64,000 nucleotides of DNA, from positions 20,777 to 84,776 of the forward strand of contig CAKJXZ020000014.1 in the NCBI GenBank assembly GCA_918234285.1. Reading direction: 5' to 3'. A program made the position numbers and the translations under genes. How positions within the stretch are numbered: the stretch's first letter is position 1; each line of letters begins with the position of its first letter. The DNA is from Pseudomonadota bacterium. Its GTDB lineage: Bacteria; Pseudomonadota; Alphaproteobacteria; RF32; CAG-239. Below, piece after piece: positions 1 through 9,463 of this stretch. The notes beneath the pieces are model-generated. The model had not been told where the DNA came from and made no database searches. It worked only from the letters and a program-made list of their open reading frames with translations.

Positions 1-2
1 AG

Positions 3-1400
3 GTTGAAAGAATACAACAATACGGTGCGTTGTTGACCGACTTTACCTTGATTAAGGCCGGAGCTTTGCACAGCGCCAACGGCGGTTTTCTGCTTTTGGA
101 TGCGCGCAAGGTTTTGGAACAACCGTTTGCCTGGGATTCATTAAAACGGGCGATTGCCTCCAAACGCATTAAAATCGAGGCTCCGAGTGAAGATACCAGT
201 TTTACGACGATTTCGCTCGATCCGGAACCGATACCGCTCAGTATCAAGATTGTGCTGACCGGCGATTTTGAAATTTATGACCTGTTGTGCGAGCGTGATC
301 CGGACTTCAGGGATTTCTTTAAAGTCGAGGCCGATTTTGGTACGATTATGGATCGCACACCGGAAAATGAGGTAGAATATGCCAAGCTCATCGGCTCGCT
401 TTCGCAAAAGAAAGGTCTGCGCTCGCTGAATAAGCAGGCGGTGGCCCGTGTGATTGAACACGCGTCGCGTTTGGCCGATGATGCCAATAAACTTACGGCT
501 CACATTTCATCCATCGGTGATTTGTTGCGAGAAGCCGATTATTGGGCGCGCAAGTCCAATTCCAAGCAAATCGGCAAAAATCATATTGACCAGGCAATCG
601 ACGCGCAGATTTACCGCTCCGACCGGGTGAAGAAAGCCATGCTTGAAGAAATCGACAAGGGAACGATTTTGATGGATGTTGTTGGCGAAAGAGTAGGTCA
701 AATCAACGGTTTGGTAGTATATGACTTTTCGAATTATACCTTTGGTAAGCCGGCTCGAATCACCACGCAAGTGCGGATGGGTAAGGGCGATTTTGTGAAT
801 ATCGAGCGCGAAGTGTTGATGAGCGGCCCGATACACAGCAAAGGTGTCTTGATTTTGAAATCGCTGATAGCCAATCGTTTTGCCAAGCATTCGCCGCTTT
901 CGCTTTCCGCATCAATAGTGTTTGAACAGTCTTACGGCGGGGTAGACGGCGACAGCGCTTCGTCAACCGAATACTATTGTATGGTTTCGGCGATTGCCGA
1001 GTTGCCGATTAAGCAGAGTATTGCCGTGACCGGTTCCATTAATCAGTTCGGTGAAATTCAGCCGATTGGCGGGGTAAACGAAAAAATCGAAGGTTTCTTC
1101 GACGTGTGTGCCTATAAGGGGTTGACCGGTAATCAGGGAGTGATTATTCCGCGGACCAATGTTGATAATTTGATGTTGAGAGCCGATATTTTGCAGGCGG
1201 TGGAAGAAGGTAAATTTACGATTTATGCCATCGACACGGTTGATGACGGTATCGAGATTTTGACCGGCAAAAAGGCCGGAAAGCCTAATGCCAAAGGCGA
1301 GTACCCGAAGAATACGGTAAATTATATGGTGCAACAAAGCCTTAAAGAATATTACCGCGATTATGTGCATTATGCCAAAGAAACCAACGGCTGCCTGTAA
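3..1400 (+). CDS. Lon-family ATP-dependent protease (LonB/LonC-like, AAA + S16 protease domain), 5' truncated by window edge
   Basis: GALHSANGGFLLLD, catalytic Ser motif GVDGDSAS and downstream PIGGVNEKIEGFF with the dyad Lys; reading frame is open from the window start. Confidence 0.9.
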   Translation, partial: VERIQQYGALLTDFTLIKAGALHSANGGFLLLDARKVLEQPFAWDSLKRAIASKRIKIEAPSEDTSFTTISLDPEPIPLSIKIVLTGDFEIYDLLCERDPDFRDFFKVEADFGTIMDRTPENEVEYAKLIGSLSQKKGLRSLNKQAVARVIEHASRLADDANKLTAHISSIGDLLREADYWARKSNSKQIGKNHIDQAIDAQIYRSDRVKKAMLEEIDKGTILMDVVGERVGQINGLVVYDFSNYTFGKPARITTQVRMGKGDFVNIEREVLMSGPIHSKGVLILKSLIANRFAKHSPLSLSASIVFEQSYGGVDGDSASSTEYYCMVSAIAELPIKQSIAVTGSINQFGEIQPIGGVNEKIEGFFDVCAYKGLTGNQGVIIPRTNVDNLMLRADILQAVEEGKFTIYAIDTVDDGIEILTGKKAGKPNAKGEYPKNTVNYMVQQSLKEYYRDYVHYAKETNGCL

Positions 1401-1421
1401 TTAAACCTTGCAATCCGAAAT

Positions 1422-1465
1422 AAACACAAAGCACCTGAATACAATTTTCGGGTGCTCTGTGTTTG
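1422..1465 (+). terminator. Stem-loop/probable terminator after Lon gene
   Basis: AAACACAAAGCACCTGAA...TTCGGGTGCTCTGTGTTT inverted repeat. Confidence 0.6.
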
Positions 1466-1577
1466 ATTTTTCGCATAAAATAAAAAGTTGTGAATCATTT
1501 GCTTAAAGTGGTTTTGTTTTTGTCCGCTTGGCATTATATATTAGTCAATCGTTTAATTTAACTAAAGGGAAGGAAAA

Positions 1578-1868
1578 ATGAAAACTGTTACGCGTGTGAG
1601 CATTACCGAAGCCATTTATGAAGAAATCGGATTATCTCGTAAAGACTCCGGCGATGTTTTGGATATGATTATCGAAGAAATTAAGTCGGAATTGGCTAAA
1701 GGTAATGATGTCAAAATTTCTTCGTTCGGCACTTTTGCATTGCGCAAGAAAAATGCGCGAATCGGCCGTAATCCAAAAACCGGAGTTGAGGCCGCGATTA
1801 CTCCGCGCACCGTGATTTCGTTTAAGCCTTCACAAATTTTAAGAAAGGCTGTCAGCGGCGTAAAATAG
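1578..1868 (+). CDS. ihfA: Integration host factor subunit alpha
   Basis: VKISSFGTF, RIGRNPKTGVEAAITPRTVISFKPS; followed by MerR gene as is typical in alphaproteobacteria. Confidence 0.93.
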   Translation: MKTVTRVSITEAIYEEIGLSRKDSGDVLDMIIEEIKSELAKGNDVKISSFGTFALRKKNARIGRNPKTGVEAAITPRTVISFKPSQILRKAVSGVK

Positions 1869-1893
1869 CCGTTTTTGCCGAGGAGGCTGAATT

Positions 1894-2340
1894 ATGATGA
1901 TTAATAAGTCTAAATCCGCATTTAAAACCATTGCCGAAGTGGCAGATGAACTTGGTGTGGCAACCCACGTTTTGCGCTTTTGGGAAACTAAATTCAGCCA
2001 GATAAAGCCAATGAAAACCGGCGGCGGAAGGCGTTATTATCGTCCGGATGACGTGGAAATCATCAAGCTGATTAAAAGTTTGCTTTATAACAATCGCTAT
2101 ACAATCGAGGGGGCGCAGCAACTGATTAAAACTAAGGGGCTGAAGGCGTTGCTCGGCGAAGAAGAAATTCAAAAAGATTTCTTTGAGACACAGGCGGAAA
2201 GAACCGCCGAACCAGCGGTAGCGCCGGCAGCACCGGCAACGGTTTTGGTGCGGCAGGAACTCAGTAAAGAGGCGATTGAAAGTATTTCCGGTGCGGTTAG
2301 CACCTTAAAAAACCTACGTATGAAGTTGACAAATTTATAA
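1894..2340 (+). CDS. MerR-family transcriptional regulator
   Basis: [28 protein letters not shown]...[10 protein letters not shown]; ihfA-linked family. Confidence 0.92.
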   Translation: MMINKSKSAFKTIAEVADELGVATHVLRFWETKFSQIKPMKTGGGRRYYRPDDVEIIKLIKSLLYNNRYTIEGAQQLIKTKGLKALLGEEEIQKDFFETQAERTAEPAVAPAAPATVLVRQELSKEAIESISGAVSTLKNLRMKLTNL

Positions 2341-2357
2341 CGGCTTAATTAATTGCG

Positions 2358-2385
2358 GCGGAGATTAAACATCTCCGCTTTTTTT
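2358..2385 (+). terminator. Intrinsic terminator
   Basis: GCGGAGAT-taaac-ATCTCCGC followed by T run. Confidence 0.8.
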
Positions 2386-2576
2386 ATGTTGAAATTGTGT
2401 ATCCGACGCGGTTTTACAGTTTTTGTCTTTCGCGTAAAAATCGGCGCAGTTAATAAAAAATGTAAAAAAATAAAAATTTTTCTTGATTTTTGACAAAATA
2501 AGCGTATACTGGCAACAGTTAAGCAATAATCATGTCTATAATTTAGAAAAACTCACAAACACAAATACAAAAAAGT

Positions 2577-2996
2577 ATGAGAAAAATTGTTTTAGGTCTT
2601 GTCGGCCTCGCACTGACAATGTCAGTTGTTTCCTGCCAGAAAGCAGATGATGAGTTGGGTACCCCAAAGGTTGAAATCAAAACCCCGGAAAAGTTTGTCG
2701 GCAGAGGCGATTATCCGGTGGAGATTATCAGCCAGAATTTCAGGTATGGCAAGGCCGGTTGCACGGGTGTGGTTGAAACAAACTACTGCACGTTTCCGGT
2801 TGGCTTCGACTGCGATGCAAAATCTACAAGAGTTCGCATTGAGGAAGAGGCGATTATGATTGATCCCTTCTTTGTTCAGGGCGGATATGTCGTAGTTGAA
2901 GCTCTCTCTGCCGAGGAGAAGGTGCTTGATTCCCGACGGGTATGGTTCGATATCATCGATACCGACGAAAAACTCCACTCTTGGGGCGGAAGGTGA
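2577..2996 (+). CDS. Hypothetical lipoprotein
   Basis: Signal peptide with lipobox VVSC; own promoter-like sequence (TATACT 2505-2510) and terminator. Confidence 0.7.
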   Translation: MRKIVLGLVGLALTMSVVSCQKADDELGTPKVEIKTPEKFVGRGDYPVEIISQNFRYGKAGCTGVVETNYCTFPVGFDCDAKSTRVRIEEEAIMIDPFFVQGGYVVVEALSAEEKVLDSRRVWFDIIDTDEKLHSWGGR

Positions 2997-3022
2997 AAGT
3001 GAAATTTTTTTTGAGTGAGAAT

Positions 3023-3064
3023 AAAAACATCCGACGGGTAAAACCGATGGATGTTTTTGTTTTT
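3023..3064 (+). terminator. Intrinsic terminator
   Basis: AAAAACATCC...GGATGTTTTT then T-rich run. Confidence 0.7.
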
Positions 3065-3148
3065 ACGATGTTTTTTTGAATATTATGGTGAGTGTTTTCG
3101 GGGCTTTTAAAAAAGTTCGTAATTTTACGATTATTTTTGTCATTCCTG

Positions 3149-3177
3149 TTGACAAAACGCTTTTATTATGATAAAGT
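3149..3177 (+). promoter_or_regulatory. Sigma70-type promoter of AAA/vWA cluster
   Basis: TTGACA-17 nt-TAAAGT with extended TG. Confidence 0.65.
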
Positions 3178-3237
3178 GACACATAGATATATTTATATAT
3201 TGAAAATTGGACGAAAATAGTTGAGAAAGGTAATAAA

Positions 3238-5940
3238 ATGGCTAAAAACTATGCTTATATCGGTTCCGAGAATTGTCCTATTCCGTACATGAACGATGAC
3301 GGACAATTAGTACTTCTGCGTGATGACAATACTTATATCCGTCTGCCGGTTATGTATGACGGCACTCCTGAAGACGTTCAGGCTAAGGTGCTGGGTAAAA
3401 TGATGCGAAATTTTCCGGTCAGAAGCAGAATTAATGACTTTGTAGAAAACTTGCGTCGCCGCAGCGACAATATCGACGTCAATATTGAAAGCAGCAATAT
3501 CTTTGCCCATCGTCGTCGCGCCAAATTTATCAAAGGTGAGCCTGGACGCGGTAAAACGCACGATTTGAAAACCCTTTGCAAAATGGTGGATCCGCAAGGG
3601 GGTATTTACGTTAACTGTAAAGATCGCGACTTGAAAACCTTGATTGTGCAGACTGTTTTGGATACGTCAAATATTGATGTTGAAAAAAATGCCATTGATG
3701 CCCGTATCAAAATGTATAACAAGGGCGATAAAAGCGCTTTATCCGCTGAAGGTATTTCACTTTTGAAAACCATGTTCGATGATGCTTTTACTATTGATGA
3801 AAGCGGTAAAATTTCGCTTGATTGGAACGGTGCACGCGGCAATACATCTTTGGATTCCGCCGACAGGGATAAAGAATTCGTAAGTTTGCTACAGCAGTTC
3901 TGCAAACGTGAAAATATCGACTATTCGTACAATATCAACAGCGTCGGCTTTGTGGAAAAAGACGGCGAGTTATTACAAGCGCTTGAAAGCGGCCGTCCGA
4001 TTATCTTAGATGAAATCAACCGCGGTAAAAACCAAGACTTCCTGTTGCCGTATTTGGACTTTTTGAACGGCAGTTACGAGGATATAAAAATTGTCGGTGC
4101 CAACGGCAGAGAAGTACACCTTTCCAAGGAAGATTTACCGGATACCTTTATGTTGGAAGCCACCGGTAACCCTGAAACCGCGGAAATGGGTATTAAAGAA
4201 AAAATGAGCGAGCCGTTGCGCGATCGTTTTGATATTTCCGAAATGGCCGATTTTAATCCGAAAGATTTTACGGATATGTATTGCTCTTTGATGACCGGTG
4301 TTCCGGTTTCCATCATCAGAGATGCTTATCAGCTTGAAAATGAGGAAGACTTATCCAATGTTTGTAAGTTTTTGCGCACCGTGGGTTTGAGCAAAAAAGA
4401 AGTAGATGCAATTCCGCCGGAGCAAATGATATATCTGGACAACGTGGGAATGTTTTTGGAAACGGCAGAATGTATCGGTAAGGCTCTGTATGAGATTTAT
4501 CAGTACAAAAAGGACACGGTAATCAGCTCCAAAACCGGTGTATATTGCGAAGACCAGGTATTGCGTAAACACATCCAGGACGAACCGTACAGCTTCCGTA
4601 TTTTGGAAGATATTTGCAATCGTGCTCGGACCTATATTCCGCAACGCGCCGGCAAATCGTCCAATAACCCGTTCTTGAACTATTCATTCGCCAAGCCGTC
4701 CGGAAGCAATACCCTGCAAATGCGCTTGCGCAACCAGGGCGAAGGCTGGGAAAAGGCTATTATTGGCGCGGTTAAAGAAGTGTTCAGTTGCAAGGGAATG
4801 AATCCGGAATTGGGCGGACAGGTTTTAGGTATTGCCAATCAAATTCTGGGACGTAACGGTATCGGCGACGAAGAAAAGCTGATGGAGGCCAGAGCGCTCG
4901 ACATGCCGCGTTTGAAAGATATGTTTGATTTTCCGATTCCGGGTGAAAAGAGTACCAAGAAGGCAAGTCAGGAAGCTCTGCGCATTCAGGAAATGATTTG
5001 CAAAATGGTTCGCGAAAGATATCCTTCCAACGAATCCAAGAGCAATGATGAAATTGTCGATCCTTTCGTAATTGAAGGTGTTTTGACAACCGTCAGAGAA
5101 AATCCGTTGGATCAGCATGCTTTGCTCGGAAAAGCCATTTTGGTTAACAATGCCGAAGAAACCAACAACCAAATGCCGTTCATCAAAAACGCGGCGGTGG
5201 TGGAAACGCTCGGTACCGCTTCGCTGGTAGAAACCAAGCATTTGGCAGATGTCGATGCATTTTTGACCACGTTGACCATCGATGGCCTGTCTGAAAGCAA
5301 TTTAGGCACGATTTGGCCGAGTATTTATTCCATGGACAGAAGTAAAGAGGAACCTCTGGAAATTCTTTCCGGACGCCACAGCAAAATAGCATACAACTCG
5401 TTTATATTGAAAGATGCTCAAGATAATCCGATTGCGCTTGATATAGTTCACGTTAAAATGCCTGACGGACAGAAGGCCGGCGAACCTCATACGCTGATTG
5501 TCGGCGAGAAGATTTCTCCGGTGATGGCATTCCGTCTGAAACAAAACGGTATTACCTATATCGACCGAAACGGCGGAGATGTGGCAGAAAGCGAAGACTC
5601 CGGCAAAAAACAGAGCGTGGAAAAGAGAATCAGAGAATGGATAAACAAAGCCGAAGTAAATGCCAATGACGATACTCTGGAAGTTTTGCTGACTGGAGCT
5701 GTTGATGAAAAATTCGATATTTCCAGCGTTGGTAATGTACAAAGTCTGTTTAAGTCCGGTCTGGAAAGCCGCAATATGGATAATATGGCACAAATGACCA
5801 CGTTTACGACTTCGGAACTCGATCGCGGGGTTGATAAGGCCGAGGCCTTTATTGACGGAGACGGCTCCAGAGTAAGCGAAGAAACCGCTAAGGTATATCA
5901 GGTTTTCGCCAATTTGGAAGATAGAAGTAACGATTATTGA
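3238..5940 (+). CDS. MoxR/dynein-midasin-like AAA+ ATPase with long C-terminal extension
   Basis: Walker A GEPGRGKT, Walker B IILDEINR, sensor-1 ATGN, arginine finger PLRDRF; large insertion between Walker A and B. Confidence 0.85.
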   Translation: MAKNYAYIGSENCPIPYMNDDGQLVLLRDDNTYIRLPVMYDGTPEDVQAKVLGKMMRNFPVRSRINDFVENLRRRSDNIDVNIESSNIFAHRRRAKFIKGEPGRGKTHDLKTLCKMVDPQGGIYVNCKDRDLKTLIVQTVLDTSNIDVEKNAIDARIKMYNKGDKSALSAEGISLLKTMFDDAFTIDESGKISLDWNGARGNTSLDSADRDKEFVSLLQQFCKRENIDYSYNINSVGFVEKDGELLQALESGRPIILDEINRGKNQDFLLPYLDFLNGSYEDIKIVGANGREVHLSKEDLPDTFMLEATGNPETAEMGIKEKMSEPLRDRFDISEMADFNPKDFTDMYCSLMTGVPVSIIRDAYQLENEEDLSNVCKFLRTVGLSKKEVDAIPPEQMIYLDNVGMFLETAECIGKALYEIYQYKKDTVISSKTGVYCEDQVLRKHIQDEPYSFRILEDICNRARTYIPQRAGKSSNNPFLNYSFAKPSGSNTLQMRLRNQGEGWEKAIIGAVKEVFSCKGMNPELGGQVLGIANQILGRNGIGDEEKLMEARALDMPRLKDMFDFPIPGEKSTKKASQEALRIQEMICKMVRERYPSNESKSNDEIVDPFVIEGVLTTVRENPLDQHALLGKAILVNNAEETNNQMPFIKNAAVVETLGTASLVETKHLADVDAFLTTLTIDGLSESNLGTIWPSIYSMDRSKEEPLEILSGRHSKIAYNSFILKDAQDNPIALDIVHVKMPDGQKAGEPHTLIVGEKISPVMAFRLKQNGITYIDRNGGDVAESEDSGKKQSVEKRIREWINKAEVNANDDTLEVLLTGAVDEKFDISSVGNVQSLFKSGLESRNMDNMAQMTTFTTSELDRGVDKAEAFIDGDGSRVSEETAKVYQVFANLEDRSNDY

Positions 5941-5951
5941 TGCAAACAAAA

Positions 5952-5981
5952 TCGGTATCAGCGGAACAACGCTGATACCGA
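5952..5981 (+). other. Perfect 12-bp intergenic hairpin
   Basis: TCGGTATCAGCG-gaacaa-CGCTGATACCGA, no adjacent U-tract. Confidence 0.75.
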
Positions 5982-6020
5982 CGTGATTTTCAATAATTTG
6001 GAACAGAGAGGTAAGGAATA

Positions 6021-6326
6021 ATGAAAAAAGATAAAAAATTGGATATAATTTCCAGCGAGATGTTTTTGAAACAAATTTTATCCGGTCCGTATGAAACCGT
6101 CGGTACCTGTCGGGTGTTCAGTATTGACCGCGAAGCGGATATCAAAGAAGCGGCTCGTTCCGACAAAGTTGCCGTATGTGCCGATATTGCCGCATTTAAG
6201 CAAAATTTGGGAAGCGATAATGTTCCGAATGTTATGATTTCACAACATTTGTTGAATAAGACATTGTTGACACAGTTGGCAGAAGCATCTTCGGCCGAAA
6301 AAAATATTATATGGATTAACGACTGA
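6021..6326 (+). CDS. Small hypothetical protein resembling a C-terminal domain of the upstream ATPase
   Basis: SD (AAGGA) upstream; co-linear motifs ILSG / ADIAAFK / PNVMI / NIIWIN versus ILSG / LDIVHVK / PHTLIV / GITYID in the ATPase. Confidence 0.7.
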   Translation: MKKDKKLDIISSEMFLKQILSGPYETVGTCRVFSIDREADIKEAARSDKVAVCADIAAFKQNLGSDNVPNVMISQHLLNKTLLTQLAEASSAEKNIIWIND

Positions 6327-6343
6327 TAACCAGGAGTAGTGGC

Positions 6344-9300
6344 ATGGATAACGCCTATAAATCTGCTGATGAAATTATGCATAAACCGTTTGCACCTTTG
6401 CGTATGGAGACGAGTGAAAAGTTTTTTGCGCAAAAGCTGACGATGACAGATTTCACCGAATTGAGCACCAGAATGTTGCAAGCCGCACAACTTATTCCGG
6501 ATATTTCCGTATCGAATCTCGGTATTGAAATCAAAAAGGCTTATGAGTTTTTGAAGACCGGTAAGTGTGAGGAATATCCGGATATTAAGGATCCGGCACA
6601 ACAATATGTTTGGGGTATGGCACTGGCCTGTTCCGAATGCGACCCGCAAATTCGCGCCCGCTGGCAGGAACCGGAAAAACATCAGCCGATTTATAAACTG
6701 GAAGTCTGGGATAAATTAAAACGCAGCGCACCGGCAATCAGTGAGTTGCGGCGTCATGCTTTTATGGTCACGGAAATGCCGTTCTTGAAAGAAGATGTCG
6801 AACTTAAATGGGGTGCTTGCAACTATCCGAACGTGGGTTTTTATTTTGACCCGCAAAACAATATGATTAATCTGGATTTGGTGTGGGCGCTTATCGGCGG
6901 TTTCGAACATTCGCGTGCGGCTCAATTACATGAAATCGGACACAGCCGCGGTACTTTGAAATTTACGCGCAAGCTCAATGAGTTGAAAAAAACGTATGAC
7001 GAGCTCAACGAAAAGGCGCGCAAGCGTACCATTACCAAGGAAGAATATAAGAAACTTAAGAGTGTGGCGCGCGAATATCAATTTCGTTTTTCCATTTTTG
7101 ATGAGGCGGAAAACAGCTATGCCAATCGGTTTGCGGTAAATGCTTTCGATTACGGTATGGTGCGTCAAGATGTCGGTTATGACTTGAACTCAATTGAAAC
7201 TCAGCTGTTCAGCGTCGGCTCTGATATTTTAGCAAATCGTAAGGAGCCTAAGTTACCGCAAGATACTCCGGCCAATCGTGCTTATAACTTTAAGCGGGCA
7301 TTGCGTTTATCTTTCCATGTCAATAATGACATTATTGAGGACAACGTAAAAGGCTGGCAGGATTTGGGTGTCAATGTCGACTGGATAGAATATACCGATG
7401 ATAACGGTAAGGAAATTAAGGGCGTCGAGGCGCTGAAAAAATTGCGCGAAATGGCGACCCGTCTGGAGAAATTGCAGTTAAGCGAACGCGACTATCATAA
7501 GCCGCAAAAGCAGATTATTAAACTGTTTGAAGAATATTCGCAAAAAAGATGCGATGTGATTGATGAAATATTCGAGCGTTTTGCCAAGAGATATTATGAC
7601 CAGACCAAAGAACAGGAACGCGAGGACGGAAAGCAACAGGGGCCAAACGGTAGAGATGGACAAGGTGGTCAACCGGGCGGACAAGGTGGTCAATCGGGTG
7701 GACAAAGCCAAGGCGGACAGGGCGGTCAACCGGGCGGACAAGGCCAAGGCGGGCAAGAGCCGAATGAAAACGAAAATGATTCGCATCAGGGCAAAGATAA
7801 TTCCGGTGATAAAAATGATTTGCCGGGAACCGACCAAGAAGACAATAAAGTTAATGAAGACGGAGCCGGCGGCGATGGCGACGAGAAGGATAAATCCGGA
7901 AAAGGCGGCGATGGCGACGAGAAGGATAAGTCCGGAAAAGGCGGCGATGGCGACGAGAAGGATAAATCCGGAAAAGACGGCGAAGGCGACGAGAAGGATA
8001 AATCCGGAAAAGACGGCGAAGGCGACGAGAAGGATAAGTCCGGAAAAGGCGGCGAAGGCGACGAAAAAGGCAAGGGTCAAAAGTCGGGTAAGGATCATGA
8101 CGATTTGCCGGGTGTCGGCGAAGGCGATGACAGAAGCGGCGAAGACGCACAGAATAACAAAGGCAAGAAAAAGTCCAAACCGCGCGCCGGCAGTGACGAA
8201 GAAAGAGCAGAATTTGTGGATAGTTTCGACCAAAAAATTTCCGATGAAGATCTGACACCGGAGAATATGGTGCCGCTGGAAGATTTGCCGGAAACTCCGG
8301 AAGAGCTGTATAAGCAGTTGATTGAGGCCATAATGGATGGCATTAATGACGGCGAGGGTATGGACGCCACGGATATTATTCGTATGTCGCCGGAAGAAGA
8401 ACAGGAAAACTGCGAAAAAGAATATTCCGAAGACAACAGCGACCATAAGCGGCAGGAATCTTCCAAGCATAAAAAAGTTAAAAGCGACACTGCTGCCGTA
8501 TCGTACGAGTTGCCGAAGAAACTGCTGAAAGAAAACGAATATCAGAAGATTATCGGCAAGCATCAGGGAACTATCGAAAAATTGCGCAATAAGTTTATTG
8601 AGCTGCAAAACAAATATTATGACTATGTTCCGGATCAGGATGTTTTGGCCAGCATTCCGGATGCCGGCGATTTACGGGTAGATATTCCGTCATATATCGA
8701 GCGGCTCAAGAAGCAGGCTATGGGTGAAGAACTGAAAGAAAAGGATTTCGAAAACTATATCATCAGCTCCGAAGCCAGAGAAGAAACCAAAGCGCCGATA
8801 GATGTTGTTATCTTGATTGATAACTCCGGCTCGATGACATATGATAATATGGATAAGACGGCGATTGAAATCGGTTGCTGTTTGTTCCAGGCAACGCGCG
8901 ATAATCCGGCATTTAACGTATATGTCGAGATGATGCATAATCCGGTCACGTGGATTGCCAAACCGGGCGAGAACAGCATAGAAATTTCGCAGCGCTTAGC
9001 CACTGTTATGCACAGTGAATGGTACGGTGACGATAAAATCGGTGCGTGTATTGAAGATACCATCAAAGAGGTGAGCAAGCGTGACCCTGCCTCCAGCCAC
9101 GAGGGTATGATAAACTTCTTTATGATTACCGACGGCGGACATACCGATGGCGGAAGCTCCTTTGAACTGGTGGATAACATTGTTAAGAGTGATTTGCCGA
9201 TTACGTTTAACTGGGTACTGACCGAATCGTTCGCAGAAAGCTATGTTGAGGATCTGATTAATGCACATCGTACCGGTACCGGAGGCAAGCGCATTGACTA

Positions 9301-9463
9301 TGTTGAACATGTGGACGGTGACAACGTTTTGGAAAAACTGGTACCGATGATTGAAAAGCGGGTGGAAGATGCCATGCATATTTCGGCGCAGAAAACCAGC
9401 GATAAAAAAATGGATTTGAATACTTTTATAGAAAAGAAAGGACGCGGTGATTACGATGGTTAA
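6344..9463 (+). CDS. vWA (MIDAS) domain protein with N-terminal HExxH metallopeptidase-like region and acidic low-complexity linker
   Basis: QLHEIGH plus downstream DEAEN; G/Q/D/E/K-rich linker; DVVILIDNSGSM and FMITDGG MIDAS motifs. Confidence 0.85.
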   Translation: MDNAYKSADEIMHKPFAPLRMETSEKFFAQKLTMTDFTELSTRMLQAAQLIPDISVSNLGIEIKKAYEFLKTGKCEEYPDIKDPAQQYVWGMALACSECDPQIRARWQEPEKHQPIYKLEVWDKLKRSAPAISELRRHAFMVTEMPFLKEDVELKWGACNYPNVGFYFDPQNNMINLDLVWALIGGFEHSRAAQLHEIGHSRGTLKFTRKLNELKKTYDELNEKARKRTITKEEYKKLKSVAREYQFRFSIFDEAENSYANRFAVNAFDYGMVRQDVGYDLNSIETQLFSVGSDILANRKEPKLPQDTPANRAYNFKRALRLSFHVNNDIIEDNVKGWQDLGVNVDWIEYTDDNGKEIKGVEALKKLREMATRLEKLQLSERDYHKPQKQIIKLFEEYSQKRCDVIDEIFERFAKRYYDQTKEQEREDGKQQGPNGRDGQGGQPGGQGGQSGGQSQGGQGGQPGGQGQGGQEPNENENDSHQGKDNSGDKNDLPGTDQEDNKVNEDGAGGDGDEKDKSGKGGDGDEKDKSGKGGDGDEKDKSGKDGEGDEKDKSGKDGEGDEKDKSGKGGEGDEKGKGQKSGKDHDDLPGVGEGDDRSGEDAQNNKGKKKSKPRAGSDEERAEFVDSFDQKISDEDLTPENMVPLEDLPETPEELYKQLIEAIMDGINDGEGMDATDIIRMSPEEEQENCEKEYSEDNSDHKRQESSKHKKVKSDTAAVSYELPKKLLKENEYQKIIGKHQGTIEKLRNKFIELQNKYYDYVPDQDVLASIPDAGDLRVDIPSYIERLKKQAMGEELKEKDFENYIISSEAREETKAPIDVVILIDNSGSMTYDNMDKTAIEIGCCLFQATRDNPAFNVYVEMMHNPVTWIAKPGENSIEISQRLATVMHSEWYGDDKIGACIEDTIKEVSKRDPASSHEGMINFFMITDGGHTDGGSSFELVDNIVKSDLPITFNWVLTESFAESYVEDLINAHRTGTGGKRIDYVEHVDGDNVLEKLVPMIEKRVEDAMHISAQKTSDKKMDLNTFIEKKGRGDYDG
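7868..8068 (+). repeat. 36-bp coding tandem repeat (about 5.5 copies, GGDGDEKDKSGK)
   Basis: Near-identical units ggcggcgatggcgacgagaaggataaatccggaaaa. Confidence 0.92.

Noticed and set aside
2341-2576. tRNA-Pro often found after ihfA-merR
   Set aside because: No cloverleaf or TTCGAA/CCA pattern; only a terminator and AT-rich promoter sequence.
7478-8608. Long antisense or alternative-frame ORFs (also 15058..16407, 33658..34803, 51797..52654 and others)
   Set aside because: Shadows of real genes or repeats on the opposite strand, with no independent motifs or start signals.
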